Of a DNA stretch of 64,000 nt, positions 49,723-64,000 are shown one piece after another. A program made the translations under genes and the position numbers. The notes beneath the pieces are model-generated. The model had not been told where the DNA came from. It did not search any database and saw only the letters and a program-made list of their open reading frames with translations. The DNA lies in assembly GCF_964204865.1 (NCBI RefSeq), contig NC_135253.1, positions 15,624,001 to 15,688,000 on the forward strand, given 5' to 3'. This DNA is from Styela clava. Taxonomy: Eukaryota. The first letter of the stretch is position 1, and every line of letters starts with the position of its first letter.

Positions 49723-52406
49723 TCGATTTATCTCGGAATTCAAGACCTACCGATTGACGTCGGCGACTGCATAATAATTATACAACCTCAAATACACATT
49801 ACACCATGGATGAAGTATACCTACTTTTTAAATTACTTTAGGCGAGAATTTCGTATACATCAACAGTTTTTATAAATTCGGAAAGATTTTTGTGAAGTCA
49901 ATCATTTGCCAAATTTTGACACTTTTAAAACAGTCATATATAGACATGGAACAGCGCTGCAGAGTCGGAATATAAATTACATTTTTGACGTGATCTATCG
50001 CTTCTTTAGCATTCGGTGTTGAGTCGTGAAAATCATCAACATAAAAAACATCATAAAACAGCATTGATTGGCTGTTTTCCCTTACCAGTGTGCGCGTGCA
50101 ACAATGACAGTTGCCCCGCTTCCAATATCAGTAATCATTATCGACATTCGTAGGTGAATCATTATACCGACCCCATTCTATAATTTTTACCCCAAAAATA
50201 ACGGTATATCAAAACATGAATAACAATAAGCTGAGTAATCTGAGTGCTTGGAATCCGAATATGTGTACCTGTTCATTAACAAAACCTAGAACTGTGTTGG
50301 CATCATTTACGTTCGGCTTCTTGAAAATTTCCCCGTCAAATTTGCCGTACAAGCCACTAGATTGACACACAAAAATCTGAATTCTTGATTGCCATTCTTC
50401 ATTACACGTTTTGTCGTTGTTTAGTATGAAGAAATGATTTGATCTGACTATCGTTACAGTTTGTATGAGGAGGAGGTTACGCGTTTCACTACAACTAATG
50501 CACCAATCAATTTTCATTACTCATATATGGGAGGAGTCGCCAAACGGGTTCTACTTTTTTTTTCAAATCAGCTATGGGCCCGATATTTCACTTTAAACTT
50601 TATCATTTTCGGTCAGACGAGACCGCCGCTTCGCTTGGTAAAATCAGTGCTACCTGTACCGATGTACTTGCGGGAAAGCGTGTCCGTTAACATCATTTGT
50701 CAAAATTTATAAAATTTACATGCATATTGAGGAAACAGGAATTTGACAACGAAAAGGGAAGGCAGTAAGCAATTTCGTCTCATATTACCGTCACATCGAA
50801 TCATTTCAGACGCTTCCTAACTTGTTGTGGAAGTCAGTATTTCTTGACTGAAATATGGCAGATTGTACTTATTTCAATTTCTTTAGCAAGAACAAAAAAT
50901 GGTTAGGTACATAATAAATGTCTCACTAAGTAAATTTGATGTTGCATGGTTAAGATAAATGCCACACAGCATTATACCTTTTTCCTACAACAAGACTTTC
51001 ATAAATATGAAACAAACATAATATTTGTCTCTGTGGAACAAGGACATTACTGAGAACGGCGTTGAAAACAAGGTGATTTCATTCTGAGTTAGTATCTTTG
51101 GCGTAGTGATTTGACTTTCCTGCCTATATGTATTTGAGCATTGCTTCTTTGTTTAGTTGATTTGCAAATACAAGAATTAATATAGAAAGGGAAAAACATC
51201 ATTCTGACTTGATTATACATTTATTAGTTACACATGGTAAATATTTACAAATGCATAAATCGACACTGAAACTAGCCTTAGTAGGATATATATATATAAC
51301 AAAATTGAAAATAAGATTCTCCTGATAGTTACTAATAATGAAAAATGATTTATAAAAATTCTAATTTAAATTCTAACAACTTTATCGAGTTTACTTTCTG
51401 ATATAATGACTTAGGTAAAAATGTTGATTCTTGATTAATATAATGGGAAAAGCAAGTATTATTCATCTATGGCAGTGGTTCCTGACCGTTCGACTAAATT
51501 GAAAAATTTTGTTGTTTGTTTTATCTTTCTGTCAGTGTAACCGATTGAATGCAAAACAGATGGAGTAACATAGGTTTACGATTTGCCGTCCGCCGTTAAA
51601 ATTGATGTTCGACAAGCAACATATTGATTGCTCGGCGTTGTGTTTGCCGACGAGAAATCACAATTTTCAAGTTCAATCTGTAACGAAATCACTTTGTTAA
51701 TTAGTTTACATTGTCCCACATTTAAGTAAACAATGTCACAGAGTATTATATATGTATTTCGATAATAAAATAAACAGAATGTTACTCGCTTCAAAATTTA
51801 TACTTCCAATGAATATTGCTTAAAATTTACATCGGAAAATACTGTCAAATTATTTAAGATTAAATGTTCAACCCAGATTTGTGTTTGGTCGCAATAAACT
51901 GTATCGCATGATGGTTCTTCTCACACCAAAATACGTGGAAAATGTCATGTAAATGTATAATAAGAATACTTTACAAGTTAATGGGTAAATAACGCGGAAC
52001 GACACAAATTTAAAAAAGCGATGACAGCTCCTACAAAGCCTAGAAAGAAAAGAATGAATTATTCACTTCGTGTGTTGCGGTAATGCGTGAAAGATTTTTT
52101 GCGTTAAAACAAAAGTGTATATTTGCGTTTAATTGATCGTTTGTTGTTCTATTATATTTTGTTGTAGTATGTGCCAAAATATTGTTACTCAACTACAGTT
52201 ACTCAAACACAGGTGATTATGTCATGTTTCATTCATTAGTCGGTCTGTAAGGACAAATCTACCGTGGGGGTAGAAAGATTGGGAACCACTGAAATATTGT
52301 ATCCTATATATTCTAATGATAATTAATAATAGCAATATAATGTATTATGCAGCTGCCAACGTCAATCGGTAGTCATTGACTTCCAAGATAAACTGATACG
52401 CGGATT

Positions 52407-55400
52407 TCATGTCGTCAATATGAGATCTAAGGCAAAATTGCCTTTAGATGTACTGATTGCGTCAACTCCATAGTTCTTCGTTCTGGAAATGTTTCCAAAG
52501 CATTCGTTTGCTAAGATATTTCTTCCTTTACTGCAAAAGCAAAATCAAATACAAAATAGTGAACCCCATAACTAATCTATGATCTACAATGAAATAAAAA
52601 AAAGAAAGGGATTTCAATACATGATTGGGAGATGTATAAATTTCGAAGTATGCGACATATAATCGCTCTTCCACGTAGCTCAAGCAATTTTACAGATTTC
52701 TGTACAGATTTATTCATATCAAATATCATGAGATCATTCAAACCTAAATATTCTGTCATATTTTAATTTCACTAAGCTCAGTAGTTTAATACAAATTAAG
52801 AATTCAAATCTCAAAAACGATATATGATGTAACTCACGTAAGGAATGCTCCGAATGTTGCAATTTCTGTGACGGTATTCACAACAGTAAGATCTGGATTT
52901 TCATCCGAAAAAATCATAACGTTTTTCCCAACAACTGGTTTGATATAATCCACGAGAATATATTGGCCCCTCAAATATAATGTAAAGCATCAATTATTTT
53001 AAGATATTACGTATGTGGTTCGGATACACACACAATAATATCTTCAGACATTTATCTATTAAATGTCATTGTATAAATGATTTTATTTATGATCGATGTG
53101 TTTCCGATACCGGGCGAGTTAAGGACTCATTATGATGGCATTTTTATAGCAGGGTCATAAAAGAGACATTTGTAAAAATACTCAAGAATAGAATCAGATT
53201 GGCTGAGGATACCTTTCATGTGTGCCTTGCAAATTTTCCAAAATTTCCTTAACGTCTTCGCGAAAGTATTTCACTAAAATTAAGATTAATTGAATGAATT
53301 TTTGAATGCATTTTTTTTCGTAATACCCTATTTTATCACCTAAATTTTTTATGAAAATACACAAGCATATGTTTATCTTTTAATTAAGTTTTTTTCATAT
53401 ATATAGAAATAGCACTGCTTCACAGAATTTTATTAATAACATCAATAAATTGTGTGAAAAGAAATTTGTTGTTTTTTATTTACAATTTTTAAAATTTATT
53501 TTTAAATTCAATTTCAAACAAACACACTCCACCTCCACCCTCTCTCTGATCTTTCAACACGTATTCGTGGGGATTCGTGATTCCTAATTTTGCATTCATG
53601 TCACCCGCATTGCCCTGAAAATTAAAAGCAATCATATGCGAGATTACATGAACGATGAAACGTTGCGATGCAGCATGCACTAAGTTGCTTCGTTTTTCAT
53701 AAAATATAACTTTGTTGTTGAAATTAGTACAAATACAAAGAGTAGCACCTAAATATTACTCCGATATCTGCACCTCGTCATATTTTATGAACATTTATTT
53801 ACCTGTTCTAGAGTTCGATATTTGACCAGGGCATTCCTGATAAGACGTGCCTCCGCATCGTCAACGTACTTTTCCATATGTTTGGGTCTGGACATAACTT
53901 CCATAATCTTATTCAGTTCGACAATCGAATGAAAAATATTTGGACACAAAATAGCAGTGCTATATTCCATCAGTTCACGGGCGAACCAATCCTAAGTTTA
54001 AAGAAACAGATGATTCAAATTTGAAAAAAAAAACAGTGAAATGAACCCTTGCAAACATTCTTTAAACTTGCTTTGTTAGACGCACTAGGGGTAATATTAA
54101 ATATCCACCTAACAATTTGTCGTTTGAAATCATAGAAATAATTCAACATGATGTTCCGAAGCCGTTCGAGAAACTGTGCGTTGCATAATTCTAAATAATT
54201 TATATAACGATAAATAACAAAAATACCATCGACGGTAAATGTACAATTATAAAAGCAACATACCTGTTCAGTTTGATATTCATGTTCTTCAAAACCAGTG
54301 AGAAGAAAAACAACTCCATACTCTCTTCCATTGCTGAAAATATTACCTTGTTAAAATGACTTTATTGTAAACATTTTAGACCACATTTCTTTAAATGCCA
54401 TTAAACTAGAAACAACGTTTTTCTGAATTATTAAAATACAATTCTTATGCATTAGGTTATATGAAATATACATGCAAAGCTGGACCCAAGAAGCTAAACA
54501 TGATTACTATATCGAATTTAAACCTTTATATATTATCAATATTTCGGTACAGAAAAACCATTTCTCTCGACATAAAACCATGTATGTTGATACATTACTT
54601 ACACTAACAATTCCTTCTGACCTCCAAGTGTAACATTCTTGCTCACTTCCTGCAGTGTTAAAATGTCTACAAAAACGTCATGGTCAATTTTAAATATTTT
54701 GTCTTTTAAATCGTAACATTCAATGAGACCAAAATAATGCTCGCAAACAACGATTAATATCCCAGCGTTTGAATTGTTGTGCAATTTCAAAGTTTTGATA
54801 AACATTTTGGCCAGACGAAGCGTCATATCTGTGCCACCAAAACCTTGCTCAAATCGAATTTTCGCTTCCTGTAAAGAGCGTTTGTAAATTTGCTCAAGAA
54901 AACTTGCTACACCAAATCCCCATCCTGAAACACTCCATTCCAAAAGTTTAGGAAGTTGAATTCCTTCAGCAGTTTTAGTCACCATGTAATCAGCTCTTGT
55001 TATGGATAGCTCATACCGGTCCTGGAACGTATCAAATCAATTACCATGTGATTTTAATGATAAATTTATCACGATGAGTCGTTTAATAACACGATAAATT
55101 GATATGAATTCATGAAATTGTCAACAACATCACATTCACATGTATGGCTGATTTTTCACAGCATGAAGGGCGTTATAACTAGACATATTTTTGATTTCCC
55201 ATTGCAATGCATTACTTCCTACCCATTTAGTCATGAGCCACACGAGGTGGTCTTGGTTTATCTGTTTAAAAATTTGTTGACAAGAATTCTACACGCACCT
55301 GCAATCGACATTCGACACTTACATCTCGAACCAGAATTAACTAGTTAACTTACCTCACGATTGACTGCTTTAGACGCTCTTTCGTAAATGCCAAACAGTT

Positions 55401-56431
55401 TTTCAATAAACCAGTCAGCTTTAGTAACACTAAAAGTAAATATATAACTCTATATTCATATATATAAACGTATACAGGGGGCGTATTAGGAAGAACTTGA
55501 GACGGAAGTCTTGTTGGCGGAAATCTTTTTTTTTCGCTTCCCTAAAGATCACAGACTAATCAAGCAAGAAACGGTATGAGACTTACAAAACTGTCTAAAG
55601 ACTAATATATTTGCCTGTACTTAGTTCCTATTTATGTGATCACAGACTAGATATAAGTTTGCTGAATAAGTTGTTCTATAATTATGATTGCTACATACGC
55701 AAACAGAGTAGGATTTACCTGTCCAATCCTTTCTTTACAAAATCGAAATCAAAACTGACATTATGATGAAGTTTGTGAAATTCTGGGCAAACCTGGTTTA
55801 CTCTGCGCATAACATCAACGGGAATTCTCGAAGGAAACAAACAAAATGGAGCCATCTTGTCATACTGCAAAACCAACCATTAGTAAATTTCATTCGCTTA
55901 GATCCAATATTTTTAACGCTTGGTATCTGGATAAATTGCAAGTGCTTATTAGAAAAGAACAAAAGTCTAAAAAGTGAAAACGACTTCAATCGTATACGTC
56001 CGTGTGTAACTGATAAGCATTTTACTATCAGCGCAACGAATTTTGCTTGAATGTCATTCTGTGTGGACGAATTTCAGTTGACAAGTATATAGTTCATGAA
56101 AATAGTTGGTCTTATTTTTTGGAATTTACTTTCTAGAAATTGAATATTTTGACGGAAAAGATAGTTTTTTATTTTCAAACATGACATAGCGAGGGTACAA
56201 CCAATTTTCAATAATTTTAAATTTTATAGAAAAAACCTAAAACTAGTTTATTCTTCTACAATGCAGATAGATACGTACTGGTTTTCTTGACTCATCATCG
56301 TCATACCACTGGAAGAAAAAATTTTGCTTCTTGGCCTCTTCGATCGCTGATGTTGAGCATTTTTTCAACAATTCTTCCGATTGAAATACATTTTCAAAAT
56401 GATGTTCAGTAATACTATTACCAGAAGACAT
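52407..56431 (-). CDS. GSS-like: Divergent glutathione synthetase-like ATP-grasp protein, copy E' (intact, 483 aa)
   Basis: Exons 56431-56279, 55864-55719, 55429-55354, 55021-54603, 54333-54264, 53991-53803, 53614-53533, 53273-53213, 52969-52838, 52530-52407; exon 6 is open (LVKYRTLEQ). Confidence 0.88.
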
Positions 56432-56599
56432 TTTCTATGTATTTAGTATATTTTTTTTTTGAACCGGAAAATATATTCTATGATATATGTATCTGAAATA
56501 AAATAAATATCTTTCTTTTCATGTGATATGTGAATCTCTTCTAAAACATACCCCATACAAAAATACCATATATATATGGAAAATATATAGTTATAAAAG

Positions 56600-57775
56600 C
56601 AACAAGATTGTTCAATTTGATATTCACGTTCATCAAATTCCGTAACAAGAAAAACATCTCCATACTCCATGTTCCATTTCTAAAAATATTACTTGTTTTC
56701 GATTTTATAAAATGACTTTATTAGTAACATTTTAAACAATATGAACAATATAAACTTCAGTTCCACAAAGTAAAAACAAAAGCTTGTTTTGATGAAGGAT
56801 ATTTTTATCCAGATCCAACTTTTATGAATTCGGGTATATGACATAAACATTCAATGCCGGACTACAGAAACTAAACATAATTACCATACCGCTTTTAATC
56901 ATTTAGAACAGGATTTTCCAAACTTTTTGGGTCGCGGACATCTATTTGTGAATCTCAGTTTTGACGGACCTCCATCTCAGGACGCATCAATTTTTGTGAC
57001 TAACCAACGAGAAAAGATAATGTTTGAATTACAACACGAAAGACATTAATGTAATGGATGAGGTTGTTTTTCACTTCACATCAATTTTCAGATCAAACGT
57101 GATAAGCAAACACATTGACCAGACGCTACGTCAAGTTTACCCTTTATTTTATCATAGTATTGATAAAAGCTGAAAATGCTGCCTCACACGTGTGGGTCGT
57201 TGCCAAAGGCAATAAAATCTTAATTGCCTTTTCTGACAGCAATGGATATTCATCCATGACGCTCAAACACAAAGATGAAATCGATTTTTGATTTGATTGA
57301 AATCAATTATTAAAGATTGATCAGATTATTTTCCTATTGATGAGGATCCCCCGCGCAGTCATCGCGGACCACCAGGGGCAGCCTAGTTTGAGAAACCTTG
57401 CTTTAGAAATTAATTATCAATATTTCTGTACAGAAAAAAAATTCTCACTTGCATCAAACAATGTAGGGCGAGACATTACTTACACTAACAATTTATTCTT
57501 AACCTCCAAATGCAAGACATACTGTGGTGTTAAAATGTTCACAAAACGTCATGGTCAATTTCAAATTGTAACATTCTATAAGGCAAATATATTAATAACA
57601 CACAACCATCAATATCCCATCGTTTGAACTATTGCTCCCTTTTCAAAGTTTTGTAAATATTTCTGCCAGACCAGGTGTCATATCTGTGTCAGCAAAACCG
57701 TGCTCATGTTGAATTCTCGCTTCCAGTAAAAAGCTTTTGTAAATCGGCTTGAAAAAACTTGCTACACCAAATGTT
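56600..57775 (-). pseudogene. GSS-like exon 5 and exon 4 relics with inserted hAT element
   Basis: Hybrid of the 29280-29620 and 31350-32190 segments. Confidence 0.75.
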
Positions 57776-59109
57776 TGTTATCGTGAAATTGGGGGGAGAC
57801 GTCTGGTGCTATGCCGCGATATTTCGAGAAAAGCGCAAATTTGAATTGAAACACTTACATCGATATTTGGCTCGGACCAGTTGTAGGGCCCCATTTGATG
57901 TTACTTTTACTTTTGTAAACGACTCTATTGGGTATGAAAAGTTCATAAGCATCGTATTGCAAAGTCGTCGTCGTTGTTAGTCTTGATATTGAAACGACCT
58001 TTTGTTGAAGGGGATATTCGCATTTCTCCACAACCAAGTTTAGAATTTTCAGTGCTTAAGAAAGAAGTGGCAAAAGGCTATTTTATTTTCAAATCAACTC
58101 TGGGTATTACGGGACCCGATATTAAATCCCAAATTTTGCTGTTTTATTTCAATTCATTGTGATATTTTTTCTTCTGTCAAAAGTTACCGCCGCCGTTGCG
58201 AATGTCCGCCGTTTGGCTGAGGGAATTTGCTGCTATGGTTAACATTTTTATTGGAAACGAAGTGGACCTATCGATCGTTATGTTGTTAGTTCAGCTTGAA
58301 ATATAAATATATTGTTGCAGAAGCTACCAATATCAAAAGCTCAAGTGCCCAACGTGTTGTCACAGAAAAACCACCACAACCAGTGGCCACGTCTGCTCGG
58401 ATTTTTGCCTGGATATAAACAGAAGAGGTTCTGATAACTATTGTAACATTAGCGTGACAGCAACCCGACCTGATGTTTAATTGCGAGTACCAGCATTTGT
58501 TGGTAATTGTCATTACAACAATTGATGCTGTTTGACAGAAATTACTCGTAGGAACCATCGTACTCCTGCAGGCCTTAATCGGGTTAAAAATTGGCCGCTA
58601 CTTCTATCATAGTAGTAATTACTACTGTTAATAATAGTGACATAAAAACATCCTGGTCAGGATTTCTGACATTCAATTACAGGTACCATTAGTCAGCGTG
58701 CAAATGATCTGGCGTCTATTTCGCCGTCGTCTGGACTTCTCCAGAGCATGCGGTCTAATTCTTATCGAATCTGTTTTTTGTTGTTAAAATGTTAAAAGGT
58801 AACATGCATAATGTATTTTTGTATTTTTTGAGAAAGCAATCATTAACAAGGTATATGCATGTGTAATCAACAAGGTACATATATATACAAGCTTTTTAGA
58901 CACGGTTCAGGTCTGACCTAATATCTTTGCAGAAAAAAATCAAAATTTATATATTTATCGTTAAAGAACACAGATGATAGTCATTGTATAGTAAGTCAAA
59001 TATCTAATTCTGAAAACAGTTGGAAGAATTGAATACGATGAATGAGCCACAAATTGCTGTTATAACTAAATTTAGTTGGATTCGTTCTAAACTATTTTTT
59101 GTAACCTTT

Positions 59110-60988
59110 TTACCCAGATTTTAACAACAATGGTTTGCTTTCATCAATGATGCTCCTTCGTTGACTCGGAGTGTCTGTTTCATGAACCATCTCTGCAGAG
59201 AGTCGTCTATAGTCTGGTTTAACAAGGGCAACAAGGCACCACTGCATAAAACATGCAATCAAAGGAACTATGATAGCCATGGTTGCCCCATGCATGTCCA
59301 TAATTTTTCTAATCACAGCACCGAAAATGAACGCTGCCACCTCGGAAGGAAAATAATATATTGACATAAGAATCGTATTGTCGAACGGGTAGATGACTTC
59401 AGTGAGAAATTCCGTAAAAATGACGTTGGAGCATATGCGCAAGGCCGCAATCGCGGGATAGAGAACGATTAACACTGGAAAATATTTACACAAATGCCCA
59501 AAATATATTCCTCCAGTTACCAGCAACATTCCGACAACGACTGAAAAATAATAATTTTTGAGCTAGTCACAAAATACTGAATTAACGTTTTCTACATGAA
59601 TTACAGTATTTGCAATAAAATTCCAAGTCTACAGGTAAGTTTGCGAAAAATACACACCTGTACATATGTAGGCCTATATATAATGTTTCAGAAAGTATGT
59701 ATTTTTGTCTGGTTACAGGGTAATGCAAAGTTTGCATGTGCAGTATGCAAGAAAATAGCATATGATATGTATTAGAAGATGTCTGGATCGTAGATAAATA
59801 AATTTTGCAATATTAACTGTGAATAGAGTAATTCAAGCGATAAAAGAATAACATATATACTAACACCTAGATGACTTACTTGCCATAGCGAATTCTTTGA
59901 ATTTCTTTAATCTGTCCAAATAGTATCCAACAGCAAGACCAGCAATTATCGATGCAAGAGTACCAGCTATTCTAATCCACCCAATTTCACGGTATGTTAC
60001 TTCGGGAAATGTCATTGAGATCAACGAAGGAGCAAGCACTTTTGCTAATATCAAGGCTGACAATCCAAGTGAGTTAGCACTAGCAAGAAGTAGAAATTGA
60101 CAATTTACCAACAAATTCAAAACTAATTTCAAGAAAGATGTGTCTACTTCATGGGAAGCACTCTCGTTTTTATCCGCTTTTAACAAAGTAAGTATGTTAG
60201 CCTGCGCTGCTCCCGGCGGTGTTGGTGGTTGATTTTTCAACATAAAAACGAAAAACAATGCTGATATCGTAAGAATGAGAGCAGAAGTTCCTTTTGTGCT
60301 CATGAAAATAAGCCTAATATCATGGGAATTGTTCTCTATTTGAGTAGCGTTTCTGTAAGGAAGACACATAGGGTAGACTAATGCTGCTGTCGCCTCTCCC
60401 AAACTCACAGTGGACCATGTTACGCCGATGGCGGTCGCCGTTTCCTGTGCAGGAAACCAGCTAGCAGCAAGCGTAACCGGTAATATAAAATTGATTCCGT
60501 TGGATAATCCAGTAAATAGTACTGCAGATAGAATCATCGGATACAGTTTTCTGCAAAAGAATAGGAAGCATATGCGGTTAAAGTGTGTCATACGTACACT
60601 GTACATTTAATTATTGTGAAAAACATCAACCGTGGGGCAGGTTATTTGGTACATGAAAAATAAAACTATACAAGAATTACATAACTTGCCTGTTTTTAAA
60701 TGCAAAAGTTCCTACGCCGATTCCGATACCTGCCGACAGCGCCATTATTGTTGCTTGAAATCGTGACCCAATTTTATTTTTGAAAATTGGTATCAACACC
60801 GTACATACTCCAGCCACCAAGAAGTTCAACAGCGTCAAAATATCTATTTGAAATGAGGTGACGTTGAAGTAATTCGCGACGACGTCATTTCCAAAGATGT
60901 ACGAATAAATTTCACAGAGAATGATCGCCATGCAAATTGATAAAACTGCTAGAAACACCCAACGAATTGGATAAACTTTGTATTCCAT
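59110..60988 (-). CDS. FLVCR-like: FLVCR/SLC49-family MFS transporter, copy 2
   Basis: Exons 60988-60690 (GC donor), 60550-59880, 59540-59110; open; about 19 aa differences from copy 1. Confidence 0.86.
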
Positions 60989-63900
60989 CTCTTCTATCTG
61001 AGAACAATAGAAAATATATTCTATTTTCAAAGGACATTCAAAGTCGAAAACTACCGTTGCATCAGCAATGCATTGGCGTTACATCAGACCTTATAATATC
61101 ACAATAATCACAAAAATTTGTGTGAGGGTGGGGAGTGGGTAAAACAAAACGTTCAAAAATGATTTCGCGAAACAACGCAGTTTACGAAGTCAAGAAACAT
61201 ACAGTTCTTTGAGGATAGCATTTCTTCTCAGATGCAAAATTATCTTGTGGTTAAAATTTTTTAATTTTAGTCGTTTGTCGTTAGTCGGCTGGTTTTGGGC
61301 AACTTTCGTTTGAGAATTTTAAAATCTCTAATAGTACCTTTAAATGCCTTAATAAGACGTATAAAAAACCATCTCCTTCAATATGCCCGTTATACCTTTT
61401 ATCACTTGCACTTCCTTTGTTGTTTATTCCGGCCTTTTATTATTGGTAATTTTGATATTCAAGGTGACTTATAAGGAGAATAGTTGCAGAATTTATGTAC
61501 TAATTTCACAAATTGTTTATTAGATAAGAATAAAAAATCTAGACAAACGACATGTGCAAAATGTAGCTAAGCTCGATGATGAACCGTGCAAATTTGAAAC
61601 TCTGTATCTAAAAGAACATGCGATGTGCACAGGATTAAAATAATGGAAAATGGAATTAACAATGAACGAAGTACTCTGTTTAATATCTGACAATCTGCAT
61701 CTTAATAACGAGTTCTTTCACTTTAATTTTTTTGAGAATTGCAGAAGAAAATTCTTGAAGTTTTGAATATTTCGGGATGGAATATTACGAAATATTTGAT
61801 TCGTGGACTTATTTGAATCATCCAACTCAATTTTTCTAAAAAGTTCGAACCAAAAGTTGTAATTTAAGTGTGCTGCAAACGATTTCATCTATCGTTCTTA
61901 GCTGAGCTTTGACTTGGCTGATAGGGAGAACTGCACATTCACGCTACTAATCGATGTTGATATCGTCCTTGAGTTTCTAATTCAACTTCTGCTTAGAGAA
62001 ACAATTTTCAATGGAACTAATAAGAAAGCAAATTCTATTCGCCGCTTCTTACAGCAATAAATTCTAAAAAAATCTATTCTAGCCAACGATTAACAAGGCT
62101 ATGATAATTGCGTATTTGATAACAATACAAAATCTCGTTTCAATAAGTTTGAAAAGCGAACAACAAAATAACACGGTGTATTTTTGACTGACGCTGAAAC
62201 GGGTGCAAGGAAAATAATGAAAACCTTGACTAACTGGTATGTACGAGAAACGTACGAGACGTACATTTGCCTCTTGGAAAGTTATTTGTTTTCCGCAAAG
62301 AAACTCGACAAAAGTTTAGAAAATAACATATCATGCGCTTGTTTTAATGTCCTATTGATCAAGCATATCCCACTGATAAAATTTCAGATATGCTTCGTTT
62401 GTGCGTTTGGTATGAAATGTTTCCTGAAATGCGCGTATCCGATTTTATGATACTATTCCACTCACAGGAAGCTAAACTCCTCAGTACCGGAACTTCAATT
62501 TTTCAGGAAATGTGAAAATCTAGTAAAATTGAAGCTCGGTAATTTGAGTAAATGAGTTTGAGTAAATATTAACCGCGTATTATATTTCGCTATGTATATG
62601 ATGGCCTATCATTTATTTATTTTATTTCATCAGCTTAAGTTTTCTGAAAAATATAATTAAATAAATCTTTTCGATAAGTTTCTTTTCGTCGGTTATGAGC
62701 TGAGCTGGATTTACCATTGGTCATGGTATGCTAAAGCCTAGTTGCCTCGAAATTCAATTAACTATTCATGTTTAGTCGTTTTTTAATTATAAAGGCTTGT
62801 TTCAGAATAAATCAAGTTTAAAATTTTCTGAAAAATGATAATTTTTCAATTAGATTGAGATTTCTTGTTCCAAATATTATATTATATATAAATACGGTCG
62901 AATAAACGAATTTGTCAAAGTACTCTACCCATCAAACCTTGAGAACAAAGTATGCTAGTTTAAATTAATTAATCAGTTGATACTGTAATAATGTCTTCAT
63001 TTTTTTAAATAAAAAGAAAATATCGATATATCACTATACTGATTCATTCAAGCAGAACGGGCTTGACAAAGCCTAAATCCGACCCAGGCTATGAGACACG
63101 ATACGCAGCAACAATGTTTTACCTGTATTATATATTTTTTTCTGTTATAGCTGCAGATACGGAATTTGTTGTTTGGGGCGACTTTCTGCACCCCTAGAGG
63201 GGGAGGGGTCAGTTCACAATTCAAAAGCGGAGTTCCTAATCATACTTTGAAATGTTCTTCCGCGACATATAGAAAACAAAAATCACTTTCATTCTGAGAT
63301 GTCAGGAGATGTAACAAAACAATTTAGTGAAAACTTACGCATTTTATTAAAAGGGTGCTAGAAATAAAGTGCGTTGAAAAAGCGAAAATACGAATAGTTC
63401 TGGCAATCCTTGTTTAGCCGATCCCCGATGTTAGAATAGGACATTTGTTAATGCAGCGGTTTGCAGCAGTGTATTTAAGTATTGATAGCCGTAATTATAT
63501 GACGTAATAGTTAGAATTGTTTTGGTAGAAAGTTCAAGGATATCTGTCATTTCCTGTTGTCTGCTTAGGGCACGAGTTTAGAGCGTTAGTGTTGTTCCTG
63601 TGCATATTTTAGGCTTGGCTTGATTAAGATTATTTTAGAGCCTAATTTGCTGTTTTGAATTAATATGTAGAATTATAAAGGTAGGATATGTGCTGGTATT
63701 GAGCTTGGTTGTATATTGTTTCGATGAAAATGTAATTGTGATTTCTATTTAAACGGTTTCTTTTTCTGTATTAATATAATATTCTGACAAAGAAGCACTG
63801 AATTCAATTCAGTTACCGCAGTTTCGAAAGTATGATTATCACTTTAATTGGAAGGCAATACATATATATCGTTATGTTATTTATTAATTTCATGGACTCG

Positions 63901-64000
63901 TCCTGTGTACAGGTGTATGATTGTTATTTCATGCATTTTTTTTTTTTTTGAATTATTAAAAGTTTCGGAACACGAGTATTAACTGCATTGAATTGGAACA

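Larger units (their letters stand above)
42597..64000 (+). repeat. Tandem segmental duplication, copy 2 (runs off the window end)
   Basis: Colinear with 15275-38196 except for a ~1.73 kb deletion and small indels. Confidence 0.95.

Noticed and set aside
1-64000. Assigning the species (repeat style is suggestive of an ascidian) and linking the cluster to a named natural product
   Set aside because: Cannot be verified without a database search; no sequence evidence identifies the product.

Overview
AT-rich, intron-rich animal genomic DNA (invertebrate-like; species not determinable here). Most ORF-track entries are exon fragments or spurious. Manual splicing recovers three gene families, each in several copies. 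(i) Proline racemase/L3HYPDH-family genes: A 723-2558 (5'-partial), B 11288-14118 (intact, 344 aa), C 39290-41569 (C-terminus replaced). All keep two catalytic Cys instead of the Cys/Thr pair of the animal trans-3-hydroxyproline dehydratase. (ii) Divergent glutathione-synthetase-derived ATP-grasp genes: D 18252-22399 and D' 45585-49722 (+), E 25085-29117 (-, nonsense codon), E' 52407-56431 (-), plus pseudogene debris. Their gamma-Glu-Cys/Gly binding residues are remodelled. (iii) An FLVCR/SLC49-like MFS transporter at 33525-35397 and 59110-60988 (-). About 23 kb of the module is tandemly duplicated (period about 27.3 kb), with a 62-bp minisatellite at the breakpoint. Best hypothesis (inference, untested): an animal biosynthetic-gene-cluster-like locus (epimerase + non-glutathione peptide ligase + exporter) evolving by birth and death. 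hAT, Helentron-like (HINE/DINE-1 type), MITE and BEL/Pao remnants are interspersed.
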